A DNA stretch of 64,000 nucleotides from Microthyrium microscopicum (lineage: Eukaryota), in the NCBI GenBank assembly GCA_010405405.1, contig MU004235.1:386538-450537 (forward strand), read 5' to 3'. Both the position numbers and the translations under genes were made by a program. The notes below the pieces were generated by a model. That model searched no databases. It saw only the letters and a list, made by a program, of their open reading frames with translations, and was not told where the DNA came from. Shown here piece by piece: positions 49,795-61,604 of this stretch; the stretch's first letter is position 1, and every line of letters begins with the position of its first letter.

Positions 49795-50236
49795 TTAGCG
49801 TCTCCGTTTCGTCAACTTCTTACTCTCAGCCGCAGTCCTCTTCTTCGGCGTCCCCTTGCCCCGTCTCTTCCGATTCTCAATATTCGCCAACCGTTGATCT
49901 TCATGCTCATCTCCAACCTTCCAGTTCGGGAACGCCTTCCTCAACTCAACAGACGGATGTACGCGCGGCGGATAGTATTCTGCTAGGGCAGGGCCCTTGA
50001 GGCGCTGGCGCAGGATTTTGTTGCCTAGACGTTCGTGCAGGGGGTTGAAGTTTGTGCTAGAGGGTCGTTAGGACGGGGAATGGGTAGAGGAGGTTTGGGT
50101 GGTGGAGATGCGTACTTGAAGATTTGGCTGCGGAGCTGGTTGGTGGTGGTTAGCTGGTGATTTGATAGGGGATGGGGATGGGGAGTGGTGGGCTTACGCG
50201 GAGGAGGTCTAGGATGCGGGATTTTGGGGTCGCCAT
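49795..50236 (-). CDS. RSM27: Mitochondrial small-subunit ribosomal protein Rsm27/mS33 (absent from the ORF track); two introns
   Basis: MATPKSRILDLLR|LRSQIFN|TNFNPLHERLGNKILRQRLKGPALAEYYP...RKRRGKGTPKKRTA, stop TAA at 49797-49795. Confidence 0.9.
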
Positions 50237-50590
50237 GGTGGCTGGTGGTTGGTTTTGAGAGTCAATGATGGTGATGGTTAAGGTGTTGAAGAAGTTGGAG
50301 TATGGAGATATATGCTTAGTAAGATAGAATTTGGGGTTGAACTTTCTCTGTGGAGACTAGCGCAATATTTTCTCCTCTGTCTACAATTCTGATCTTATAC
50401 ACACCTTTTTATCTTGAGAGCACTGGTAACGGAAAGCTACAAAATCTACGGAGCTAAAATGGTATCATTGCTCTTCTATGAGCTTCCTCTTATTATTATT
50501 ATAATATCGTGTTCGTGGTACTAGGAGGTATATGTATGGATGCTTTCAGCATCTTCAATCGCTCAGAACGAATCTCTAGAGTCTAAAAAT

Positions 50591-52207
50591 CTAGATGGCC
50601 AAATTGGCACAACTGAAAGCAGGTCTTGTGGACCCAGCATAATCAGCAATAATCGCTTCAACGGCGGCATATAGCCCAGGACCGAGAAGGAACAGTCCAA
50701 CGGCCAACACGAACATGTGAACGACACTCATGATCGATCGTGCAGCGCCATTGAAGAGATTTCCTCGGTGTAGATGCCAGTATGCGACGGCAAAGTAGAT
50801 AAAGCCGAAGAACGAATCAAACGCAGCGCCGAGAAGAGATAGGAAATCGCCTGTTTATGGTATTAGCATGCGCTAAAAAAGTGCGGAAAGATAGGCAAAC
50901 TTACCCATGCTGGGAATGACTTCGGCGAAGATGAAGCCGATGATCCAGATGCCAACCATAATCGCGGCCCATACGCCCCATCCAAGAACAGTGTTGCTAT
51001 GTGCGTGTCTGCTCTTACCGAGAACTCGGCCATAAACGTACTTGGCGGATACATTGGCGTAAATAACACCAATGATGAGTGTTGGGACAATGACGAAAGC
51101 AAATGAAGCCTTCTTGTAAGCAACAACTCCGAGAGAACCGAAAGCTGGAGCTGTGGAATATTGTCCTAGATATCGGAAGCCGATTGCTGGCGGGACGACG
51201 AAGAGGAAGGCGGAGATTCCGGTGAGGACGGCGAGAGCCTTTGGGAAGTCTTCAGGCTTCTTCATCTCGGCGATAAAGGTTGGGAAGAGAATTTGCGGAA
51301 CCCAGAGAAATGTGATGTTGAGAACAGCGTTCATACATGCGACCCATGTGGTGCCTGGTAGAGGGAAGGCGTATGTCTTGACTGGTCCATCGGCTGGGTA
51401 GACACCATCGTATCCCGTCCCTGGTGCGTTCTCGATGCCGGCGAAGATGAGGAATAGGAGAATGGCAATTCCCATGCACACAGCTGTTCGCGGTTAGTAA
51501 AATTCGCAACCATTTACGGAATACTGACAAGAAAACATAGACATGAAAGAGACATGGTTTAGTGTTCGTGGAAGCGACATGACTATGCCCATAATCGTTA
51601 CAATGACCGAGAATACGACGGTGCATAGCGAGTGATCCGAGAGTGTGTTGAGGACTTTTGCGCCAGTCAAGACGTGAAATCCAATAAGCATAATGTTGTT
51701 GGCGAGCAACATGAATCCGGAAAACTCATAAGCTAATCGGTTCTTGCCAAAAATGGAGTATCCGAAGTCGCCTATTATTTTGGTCAGTTTTTGGAGGTTT
51801 TACCAGCGTGAAGGACTGACAAATGTCTTTGATGTGAGGATTTTTCATGATATATCTCCACATGGTCATTGAAGTTATCCAGAAGAGAATACCAGCTCCA
51901 AGCATGGTCAGGATGCCGGGCACCCATCCCAAAACACTGAGTGACCATGTTTGGGCCATGATAGCTAAACAGACTTGATCTCCACAGAGCAACCAAGCGG
52001 CCTTTTGCCATGTCATAGTTCTGAGTTGAATCTCGTGGGATTCATCTAAAAGCGCAAGTCAGTCAGCATGATCCGACAATGCGAATAGAACTGCGTCTCA
52101 CCTTCAGCGATAAGAGCTGAAAAGCTATTGTACTCGCTATCAGAGTCCAAGGCAGTCGTTCCAAGCTCGAGCTTCTTCTCGTCCGGATACGTAGGAGGAG
52201 AAGCCAT
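50591..52207 (-). CDS. Amino acid/auxin permease (AAAP, Mtr-like neutral amino acid transporter); four introns
   Basis: HEIQLRTMTWQKAAWLLCGDQVCLAIM, LGWVPGI, LANNIMLIGFHVLTGAKVLNTL, FIAEMKKPEDFPKAL, FAEVIPSMG|DFLSLLGAAFDS. Confidence 0.9.
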
Positions 52208-53146
52208 TGCGTTGCCTACAACGTCTAGTTGTTGCGACCGGTATGAAGTTCGTTCGCAAAAGAAGGTCTGATCGCGGTTTTCAGGGTTGTACCTTTGGTT
52301 GGAGGTCAGATTGGGTAAGAACACTCAACCAGTCGCCGGGAATAGTAGAAACAGACAGGGCTTCAGATTGCTGACAGTGTCGATCGATGCGAACCAGGTA
52401 CAAGGCAGTAGTACTTATACTATGAGAAAAGGTTCAGGCAATTGTAACAACAATGACTAAATTAATTTTTAGTTGAAAGTGCTGCCCCGAATGGTATGGC
52501 GTTTTCGACGCTTGAGATGGTGCTATCTTGACTAAAAAGCAAGTATTGAAGGTTTGTACCAAATAAGGCTGCAGCATGAAAGCCTGGAACGCCAGCTTCG
52601 TTATCGATGGGACCTAGACCCAGCGGGGCGCGCGAATGCTCCCACTAATGCTACGTAAAAATGCCATGAATGGCTTGAAATGGCATGGGTGCTGGTGGGA
52701 GAAACTGCATCTTCTTGCATAAGCTTAATTTTGTGTGGGATGTCTCGGAAAGCGTTCTCAGCCTTTTCACCTCGGTGGTTGGAAACTGATCTCCTTGACC
52801 AATAAGCACTGTGACCCCGGATTATTGTTTTTTATTCTGGCGCAGGTCGCGTGCCTCCAAGACTCTAAGAGCCCAAGAGAACTCTTAATTTTACTTCATA
52901 AACACTGGCAGGACAGAGAATGAAGAGATGAGCCGTGAATTCGCTGCTATATACTCCGTAGACTCGTAAAAACTACGACCAACTGTTCTTCCGATCGTTT
53001 CTCTTCGATATGAGAAACGTTTACCGTTGAGCTATATCGAGGATCAACGATCAAGGTAGAGTAGATATGGGATGCAAGATCATCTTGCCATGAGGCTGAA
53101 AGACTATCCCTTGTCACAGTCGATCCACAGTACAGTCACTCGAAAG

Positions 53147-53412
53147 ATGTCAAATGCAACTCTATTCCTCAAAGCAATTCAAGTCCAAGGTCCTCGCAAG
53201 GCCATCAGCCTTCTACACTTCTACGGTATGCGTCTGAAGAAACATTTTGTCTGAACGTTAAATTATGATTCTCTCCAGTAAAGAAGCCAACGAACAGGAG
53301 AAATAATTGATACGCTTCCACCCAGAACGATGGCTCACAAAGATGCTATCCAGAAGAGATATTAAATCTCCAATCCTATCAGCTCGGAGGTCGAAAAATC
53401 AAAACTACCTAC
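53147..53412 (+). pseudogene. Possible decayed RRM-domain gene fragment
   Basis: MSNATLFLKAI (RNP2-like), intron-like 53226-53278, then in shifted frames RSQRTGE..HKDAIQK and ILNLQSYQLGGRKIKTTY (RRM C-terminal pattern). Frameshifts are required. Confidence 0.25.
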
Positions 53413-53735
53413 CTAATGTTTGGACGCTTGATAATAGTAGGGAGCCAGTCAATCTTTCCACCCATTGAATCTGGAAGCAACCATCGGATTTCGCAATGCC
53501 CACGATACGTGCTCCTTACACATGTACAGAGCCAGGATGGGATGTAACTTCCCATAATACGGCTCACTGCAACTGCTGTCACTGTTCGAGCCCTTTTTCA
53601 ACTATACATCTATCTCCAACTCTTATGCATGACATGATACATCCACTTATTACCTTTTAACCAGTCTTATTCATTTTCATCTTTCATGGTACCCCAGTAG
53701 TACATTCACTTTGATGAGATAGGATCTCGACAATC

Positions 53736-54771
53736 ATGGCTAAACCCGAGCGTCCGCGTCTAACAGCTGCTTCTCCTTCAAACTCCCCATCAACTATAGC
53801 TTTGGACGAGCTGGAAGGTGTCCAAGAGACCGTTGAAGACCCCTGCTTCTTGCAACTGCATGGCTCCAAGAAAATAAAAAGTCAATGCTATGGTAATAAA
53901 TCCGTACCTCGACAAGATAATGACGACTTCATAACGATCCCATCAGCTCTACAAGACAGCCATGATCTCCCCGCTCGCCTTTGTGTCGGAAATTTAGCAG
54001 CAATTGTGCGACCAGCTACACTTGGACACTTCTTCATTGAAAGCGGATTCAAAATCAACAGCGTGGATATGTACATCAACCTCACCCTCAACAACTTCTG
54101 TCATGCTATAGTTGAGTTTAAATATTCCACGGAAGCCGAGCGAGCCATGAATTCCCTCCATGGCTACGTCCTAGTTGGAAGACCTATGGTTTTCCAGGTG
54201 GAAGACACTGCGAATAGCCTCGATAATAGGCGGACTGAGAATGACTGGCTCAAGGTCTAGTTTTCTGAAGACGGTCACTTCAGTAAGTTGTGCTACGGGC
54301 AAGACAGTATATTTTGCTGACAGAGTAGAAGCAAGCGAGGATGATATTCTACCGTCCAAGCATCCCAAGAAGGAAAAGAACAACAAGTGGGCCAAACATT
54401 GCTTAGGATTTGAAAGACCCGAAATAGATGATAGAGATAGATGTGTCTTAGTTGGCGACCTACCAACCTACGTGCCCAGACAATTCGTGGATGCTGGTCT
54501 AAGGTTGTTCTTCTGTGGATGCAATCTGGAGGCCATTTCCGATTGCTTGTTTCGATACGCCATCAAAGGTTCACAACCTCGTCAATCTCAAAGACGTGGA
54601 TTGTACTGCTTCGTTCGGTTCAGGACAATACAAGACGCGGGTCGAGCGGTGCTGGCACGGAATGGCGCACAAAGCATTTGGAGTGGTGCACGATTGACAG
54701 TTGACCCCATTGAGAGTTCTATATTCGGAGTGTATCCGACGATGCAGGCAAATAAATTCATTTCTCATTAA
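53736..54771 (+). CDS. Two-RRM RNA-binding protein with an in-frame TAG at 54258-54260; best intron 54283-54328
   Basis: RRM1 RLCVGNL...HAIVEFKYSTEAERAMNSLHGYVLVGRPM; RRM2 VLVGDLP...YCFVRFRTIQDAGRAV. The two frames are joined by GTAAGT..GCTGAC..TAG, which lies downstream of the TAG. Confidence 0.7.
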
Positions 54772-55159
54772 GACACGCGCCGGCACCAATCGACATAATG
54801 AATGGCATGCTACCATCTTAATACGGATGAAGCATTCAGTGGTGAAAAGTAAACAAATGGTAATTATCGCATTTCGGGGGAGCGCGCTCGGTGTTTTTCC
54901 AGCACACCAGCCATCGTGAAGCTTACAGAAACTCGTTAGTGGCCAGTATGGCAATGATAAGTCTGGGATAGGTCTCCATGCCTATCACTCGCAATTACTA
55001 AAGCGCCGACGTCGGAACATCCGGGATGATCTTCATGAACATATCTGAAAGCTGTTGTCACAAAACATAGAACTCAACTCCTAACGACTACAAGCAGGAA
55101 AGTACTTGGTCAATACATATCGCTGAATCTGGTTCATCCTCGTGGTTCTTGGTGGTGCA

Positions 55160-56126
55160 ATGTCAAATGTATTCCATTACGAGCAGAGGAAACTACAAAA
55201 TGACCTCGTTATTCTTGAGCCTTTTAATGTGAGTTTCATTTTTCCAAAAGGGAATCGTCTTTTGCATAGAGGGCAAATTCGTTGGTCGATGTTGTCATAT
55301 CCACCACCATACCTGCCAACTGTTAGGCGTCATGCTTAGGCATTGTATCTAATTTGCATGATTTGATATGCAAGAAGAGACTCGGAAATCTCTGTCTAGC
55401 GACAGCCGTTAGCAGCCATGGCCATAGATGATAGAGGACAATGGATCAAGCCTTTTCGTTACTGTACATTACTCCAACCATCACTGATCTTTTATACGTC
55501 AGCCAGACATCCACACGTCGCAATTCCTATCGATCATCAAAACAAATCCTGATGTATTCAAATATATATCCTTTCCGAATATAGAAACCGAAGAAGATTT
55601 TAAGACCAGCTTCTACGATGGTATCGCCAATTCGCCGGACGAATGCTTCTATGCCATACTCGACAAAACCAAAGACACTGGAACAGAAGATACTGCACCA
55701 GGCTATGCTGGAGTAGCCTCTCTGTCAGCTACAAATCCAAAGAACGCCACAACCGAACTAGGAATCATTGTTTCTCCAGACTTTCAGCGCACACACGTCG
55801 CTTCGAATGCCATTGGACTCATGCTCTTGTGGACTCTGGACCCTCCATCCGCTGGTGGATTGGGACTGCGGCGTGTGGCGTGGACAACACATGCAGGGAA
55901 TAATGCGTCAAGACGGATAGCGACAAGAATGGGATTTGAGTTTGAAGGTATTGCGCGGTGGGAGCGGGTTTGTGCAAAGGGAGTTGCGCTTCCAGTTGAT
56001 GCACTAGAAAAGAGGAATGGCACAAAAGGGGAGGCGTCGGGTCGACATACTGCCATATTCTCTATGGTATGGGACGAGTGGGATATCAAACGGCCGCTCG
56101 TAGTTGCACGAATGGAGAAAAGATAG
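55160..56126 (+). CDS. GNAT acetyltransferase, RimJ/RimL-like; exons 55160-55228 and 55503-56126
   Basis: LQNDLVILEPFN|PDIH, YAILDKT, TELGIIVSPDFQRTHVASNAIGLML, GGLGLRRVAWTTHAGNNASRRIATRMGFEFEGIARW. Confidence 0.88.
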
Positions 56127-56334
56127 TGAAAGCTTCATGACCGACTTTAGACTGTTGCTCACAATGAAAACGTGATTGCTGGACGGCATCTTTGCAAGTA
56201 ACTCTCTCGAGACTAAATGCAAAGCATTGACTGCGTTGATAATACTCATTGACTGCCAAGATGCCGGTTGATGGACTTTGCAACTGATTTCAGCTGGAAG
56301 ATAAGATTGAGCACCATTCTTTTCGATTGACTGA

Positions 56335-57174
56335 TCATAAAGGCTGAAAGCCATCCGGCAGAGGTTTGCTTTCAATCCAACATATCACAGCCTCCGCCAC
56401 CAATTTCGGATCTTGTCTGACCCAAGCATGACGCATCCGTTTATGTTGAACAGCCATGCTCCGAGAATTTTCTCGCTGTGCTAGCAAAGCCAGCCACTTC
56501 GCATCCGCAGTGGAATCGTTTGTAAAAGGTCCTTTGCTTGCCGCAACCACCAATGTTCGAGCCGCGAAAGGTTGATCTTTTACAGCTCCATCATCCATAA
56601 TCAAGTTCCAGACCTTTTTGAAATGCGCAAAGTCACGCGGTGTCGTGGTACTGTTATTATGCTCAATCTCATCCATCCAGCTCTTGGGTATCTTCGATCC
56701 AACGGTCTCTATAGCTGCTACTATATATGGAATATAGTTTTGAAGTGGTAGTGTATCGTATCGTTTGAATCCAGATAAGAAGCAGGTCTTGACAACATCT
56801 GGGAATTGTACTGCCAGTCTTCGTCCAATCTGGGCTCCCATGCTCATACCAACTACATGCGCTTGGCCACCTTTTGCGGCTTCCTTGATCAAGTCTCGCA
56901 AAAGCATTCCAGTTTCTAGACTGGCATTTTCCAGTTTCATGTTTTTGGAGTTGTTATGGAGTGGAAGATCCGGGACGATAAGATGATATTGCGTTGAGAA
57001 GTGAGGTATGACAAGATCCCATTCAGGGGCACCAGTCATTCCTCCGTGAAGGAGTAATATTGACTCGGTTCCCTCTGCATTGAAGATGAAATACGCCAAG
57101 CCATCCTCTTGGTTATTGAGCCTTAAAGGAGTGTCGAACTGTATCTGTATTGGACCTTTGGCTGACTCCATCAT
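56335..57174 (-). CDS. Alpha/beta hydrolase
   Basis: ILLLHGG, YHLIVPDLPLH, nucleophile elbow HVVGMSMG, catalytic His region MRHAWVRQDPKL. Start taken at MMESAKG. Confidence 0.87.
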   Translation of the reverse strand: MMESAKGPIQIQFDTPLRLNNQEDGLAYFIFNAEGTESILLLHGGMTGAPEWDLVIPHFSTQYHLIVPDLPLHNNSKNMKLENASLETGMLLRDLIKEAAKGGQAHVVGMSMGAQIGRRLAVQFPDVVKTCFLSGFKRYDTLPLQNYIPYIVAAIETVGSKIPKSWMDEIEHNNSTTTPRDFAHFKKVWNLIMDDGAVKDQPFAARTLVVAASKGPFTNDSTADAKWLALLAQRENSRSMAVQHKRMRHAWVRQDPKLVAEAVICWIESKPLPDGFQPL

Positions 57175-57704
57175 AAAGTCTGGTCTTCGACAAAGAGATC
57201 TGGTGGAAAGTACTGTGCGAACTCTTCGAGGCTTAAATCTCATCAACGACGATTCAAAGACTATTTGAGAGTTCCGCGACTGTGTTCCAAGGTTCTCAAG
57301 AGCAATACAGGAAGTAAGCTGCTGCTGCCTAAAGTGTCAGCGAAGACTTGGACTTGGTGGCTTGTCAGCTTGCATATCGTACACGTACTTGGTGGTGCAT
57401 TTTCTGGTTCTGAAGATTGAAATACATGTAAGAGGTGTATTATATAATGAGTAGTATCCGCATTGTGGTTGATTGTTCCACATTCTCATTACTAATTGAC
57501 ATGCTGCGATGGCTTACTATATTTCTCAACAATGACGCAACTTCTTCAATTTCGTCTTTTGGCGCTGTACTAATTCTATTTATGAGCGGGCACTCCTTCA
57601 GGAAGCATTTTAGTGGCTTAATCCCCCATGCGCTCTGCTGCTGAACTAGCAATCTCAACGGACATTATATTCAAAAAAAACAAAACGTAAAGTTGCTTAG
57701 AAAC

Positions 57705-57791
57705 GCCTTTGTGGCTTAGTGGTAAAGCGTCGCACTCGTATCTTTTACTATTTTAATGCGAAGATCATCGGTTCAATTCCGATCGGAGGCA
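57705..57791 (+). tRNA. tRNA-Thr(CGT) with a 15-nt intron (57741-57755)
   Basis: Acceptor GCCTTTG/CGGAGGC plus discriminator A; A-box TGGCTTAGTGG; anticodon arm TCGCA-CT CGT A^A-TGCGA; T arm ATCGG TTCAATT CCGAT; T-run terminator downstream. Confidence 0.93.
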
Positions 57792-58536
57792 CATTTCTTT
57801 TGCTACCGTGAAGTCTTATTTTTGCTCACAAAACCTCTCAATGGACTACTGGTATGAAATCCGATTTTTTGCATCTCGTTATGGTTGTTAACGAAGGGAA
57901 GGTGGTGCTATCAGGCTGGCTTGGGATAGAGTATAAATCAGTGAACCATGTACGAGACAGGTAGGCAGCCATATTTTAAATGAAGAAGGTATGAGATAAA
58001 GAGATTGTGCTCTGTCTACGGCGAGCAACTACCTGTTAGTCTTAGACCTTGCTAGGGAGGGAAGCTTGCAGCGTGCAATAATGCGGTATGGACTTCGGAT
58101 AATGGCAGCTCTGACGGCAACCAAGGGGTGTTAGTTATACTTTCTGCCGCTAGACTATTGAATCAAATGGACAGATGTTGATCATCGTAGAAGATAGTAG
58201 TAGTATGACATGGCGTGAAAACATAAGTGACCGCCATATATTAATCGACGACGAATAGACGAGAAAGAGAGTTCTGCCATACAATCGCTGGGTTTGGGCG
58301 AAGGAACACATCAATATAGAGTAACGAGATATTACAATCCGCTATCATTATACAACTTGCAGAACATTATGCGCCGCTGAGAGTCATGAACGGAAGTATT
58401 CAGTCCTGGCTTGATGCCTATGGAGACTTGTGGTACCGTAGGAGTAATCTGTAGTAATCGACATCGGCGATTGGAAAACACACTCTAGACTGCATGGACT
58501 ACCATGGATTCAACCGCAGACCGAAACTTCCATTGT

Positions 58537-60570
58537 CTATCTCCCAACAGCACTCCTCAACCGTCCCTCAGCACCACCATCGCCCTCAAGTCCCCATCCC
58601 CTCACCGCCATCTCAACATCCCCCAAAAACGCCTCGCTATTCACCGTGCCCGTCCCACCCAGCACAATCCGCACGCCCGGCGTACTCGCATTTACCCCCG
58701 CCACCATCCTCGCCTCCTCATACGTCGCGCCCCCGACCACGAACACCAACACATCCTGCGCTTTATCCCTCGTCAACCCACCTCCCTCGACAAACGGATA
58801 CACGCTGTCCCTTAGCTTGCCGCGCACCAAATCCTGGATCGTTGCTTCGAGACGTGGCGTATGTTGCGTGTAGACGTTGGCGACGCCCTTGAGACCGCGT
58901 TGGAGACGGGAGCGTGCGTCGGCGAGGAAGGAGGAGGATTGGAAGAGGGGTGGGACGAGGGTGTTTGCGGAGGGGATGGTGGAGAGGGTGGCGTGGAAGG
59001 TTAGGAGGTGGGGGATTAGTGCTAGGGAGGCAGGGGAGAGGGTTGTGTGGGTGCGGAGGGTGTCGAGGAGGGAGGGGAGGGCGGAGGTGGGGAGTTTGGA
59101 GTAGCGGAGGGCGTAGATTGCTACGAGGCGGAGTTTGTTTGTTGGTGGGATGTGGGTGGCTGTTAGGAGCATTTGGAGTTTCTGGAAACATATTAGCCAG
59201 GATGATCAGAGGAATGGGAGCAAGGGGGGATGTACTTTGAGATCTTGGTTGTGGTTGTCGTTGCAGGCGAGACTTTGTTCGAGTTCAGAGACGTCGAGGA
59301 GGTCTTCTTGGCCGACGCGGCGGCTGAGTTCGCCGACGAGGGTGATGTGTTTGGTGACGTTGGAGGAGAGTTTACGGAACTCGGGATATTCTTCGACAAA
59401 GCGCTTCATGTCGCCTATCGAGTTCATTTCCTGGGTTCCTTGGCGCTTTGAGGCGTACTGTTCGACATATTCTTTGGCGTTTTGGCCTAGATCGCCAAAA
59501 TTTAGGAACATGTTTTTGGCAAAGAATGGATCTGTATCCTGTTGAAGTACAATTTCCTGGAAAGCATTAGTGGATAGAGGAGATGGACAGAGAATAGGAA
59601 TAATACCTTCATCTCAGGCCTTATGTCTGGAACATCGCTGAGGTCTACCCGGCCATTCTTTACTCCTAAAAGTTCATGAACCATTGCTTGATATGTCCAT
59701 TGTGTAAGTAGAGGCGTCACTGGATCATCTCTTCGATCTACTATCAGTAGAATTGGAGGCGTGTCCGGTTTTCGAAAGTCGAACAGTTGTTCTTCCTGAG
59801 TCATGCGGTATCGTACTTCAGTGGCCAGTTTCTTGGCGAGCAGACTGTTTCTTGCATATCGAATCAGAGGTTTCTTTTTCAAGGATAATATCAAAGCTAA
59901 GAGTCCTTCGGTTGATCGCTGAAGAGCCTCAGGGTTCCAGAGTTCTGGACTGGATCCCCAGATGCGGTGAGTAGGATAGGTTAGCTCAAGACTCATAAAG
60001 TCCGGGTTTATGACCATGTAATCGCCGAAATATTCTTGAACACTTCGTACTACTTCGTGATCATCTGCTTCTGCCAGTCGTTCCAGTGATGATTTGAGTA
60101 CTACATTGCTAAAATCTGGACATGATTAGTGAGGAACCGAGCATGACAAGGAATACCTACATATGTAGTATTCGCCATATTTTGGCTCTCTTAGTTCGTC
60201 TATTAAGAGTTGGATGGACTCTGGAGATGGTCGAATGAAACACAAGCATCTCAGGTGACGCATCTTTTCACGGGTGGCATTTTCAAGACGACTATGCTTG
60301 GCATTAGTTGTGATGCATTAAGACCAGCATAAGGAGACAAACTCGGTAAGATAGACATCATGATTTAATAGAGCGGATTGAGTAGTGGCAGTTGATATGA
60401 TAGAGACCTTTGACCAATCAGTGATGAAGTTTGGGAATAGCAAAGAGCAAATATACAGTCTCACGATCTAGCAAGAGGATCTTCATTTTTGCCGATTGAC
60501 CAGCCGAGGGGCTGTCCCCAACGGAGACCATTTTTGTGATGTAGCCAGCAAGGGCCTGAGAGATATCCAT
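58537..60570 (-). CDS. VPS45: Sec1/Munc18-family vacuolar sorting protein Vps45; five introns
   Basis: KMKILLLDRET, TQSALLNHDVYL, REKMRHLRCLCFIRPS, ERLAEADDHEVV, DRRDDPVTPLLTQWTYQAMVHELLG, NVYTQHTPRLE, VGGATYEEA. Confidence 0.95.
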
Positions 60571-61604
60571 GACGTCGGGTGCTGCGAGTATGAGTAAGAG
60601 GGCGTGATGTCTTGGTATGGTGGTGAGAACTGAGAGCCTAAAGGGGAGTGTTGCCTAGGAATGGAGATGCGTCACGCTTGGTGAATTGGTTCAATGTTTG
60701 CTTGAAGGGAGTCAAAGACAAAGCTAGTGGTAAGACGAATTGCTTGCCCGCTCCTTCGGGATATGATAGTTTTAGAAATGAGGGCGTGATGGAGGATAGA
60801 TGTGCGTTGGAGTCTTGGAGAGGTGTCAAGTTGGCATGTACTCTAGAGTAGTTGACTGTCTTGACTTCCACTGGCATCAAGGGTCTAGAGGCGCCACCAA
60901 CAACATTGAATGCAGAGAAGTTGAGGCTCTTGCAAGTTGCTGCCAGCCTGCCACAAATGTATCAATTGCGAGCAAAATTAGGTGGGCGATTGGCCAAGAA
61001 CAGAGGTAACAGGGAGTAAAATTCACTAAATTAGGCTGAATCCTTGCCTATTTTCAGTGAGAAGTGAGAAAGAAAGAGGGCGCAAGGTTGGCCTCCGAAC
61101 CACGCCACATGCATGATACCCGTGCCCCTGAGATCAGGGTCGTCTGTGAACACGACGCGCCTGAGTCTCCTAATAACTACTAGAATGTCTAACAAGATTT
61201 CCAAGAAATATATGCAAAGGCAGAACAGAGTGAACTTAAAATGTATTGCTTTACAAGATATTACAAGATATCACACTCAGAATAGCAACAGGCAAAGATA
61301 ATAGAGGCTTACCGAAAAGACAAGCTGCGGAAATGCATGTTAAGGGAGCGGTTATACCGTCCCTGCAATATCGCCCTAGTTCTCCCATGTTCTCGCCGCC
61401 CTCCCTTCACACCACGGTCCACGACACCAACATCCAACAACTTATTAATAGTCACCGGTTTCTACAGCCTTAAAAACCTCCTCCTCCCCTCCTTCTGCCT
61501 GCCTGTCTTTTCTTTTGACTTCATTCTTTTGCTATGCCTTAGCTCTCCTCAATTATCTACTGCTTTTATATCGTTTCTACCTTGCCCTCGCTACTAGTAT
61601 TTAC

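Noticed and set aside
53310..53340. RFHPERWL, resembling a cytochrome P450 PERF motif
   Set aside because: No ExxR or heme FxxGxRxCxG motif nearby.
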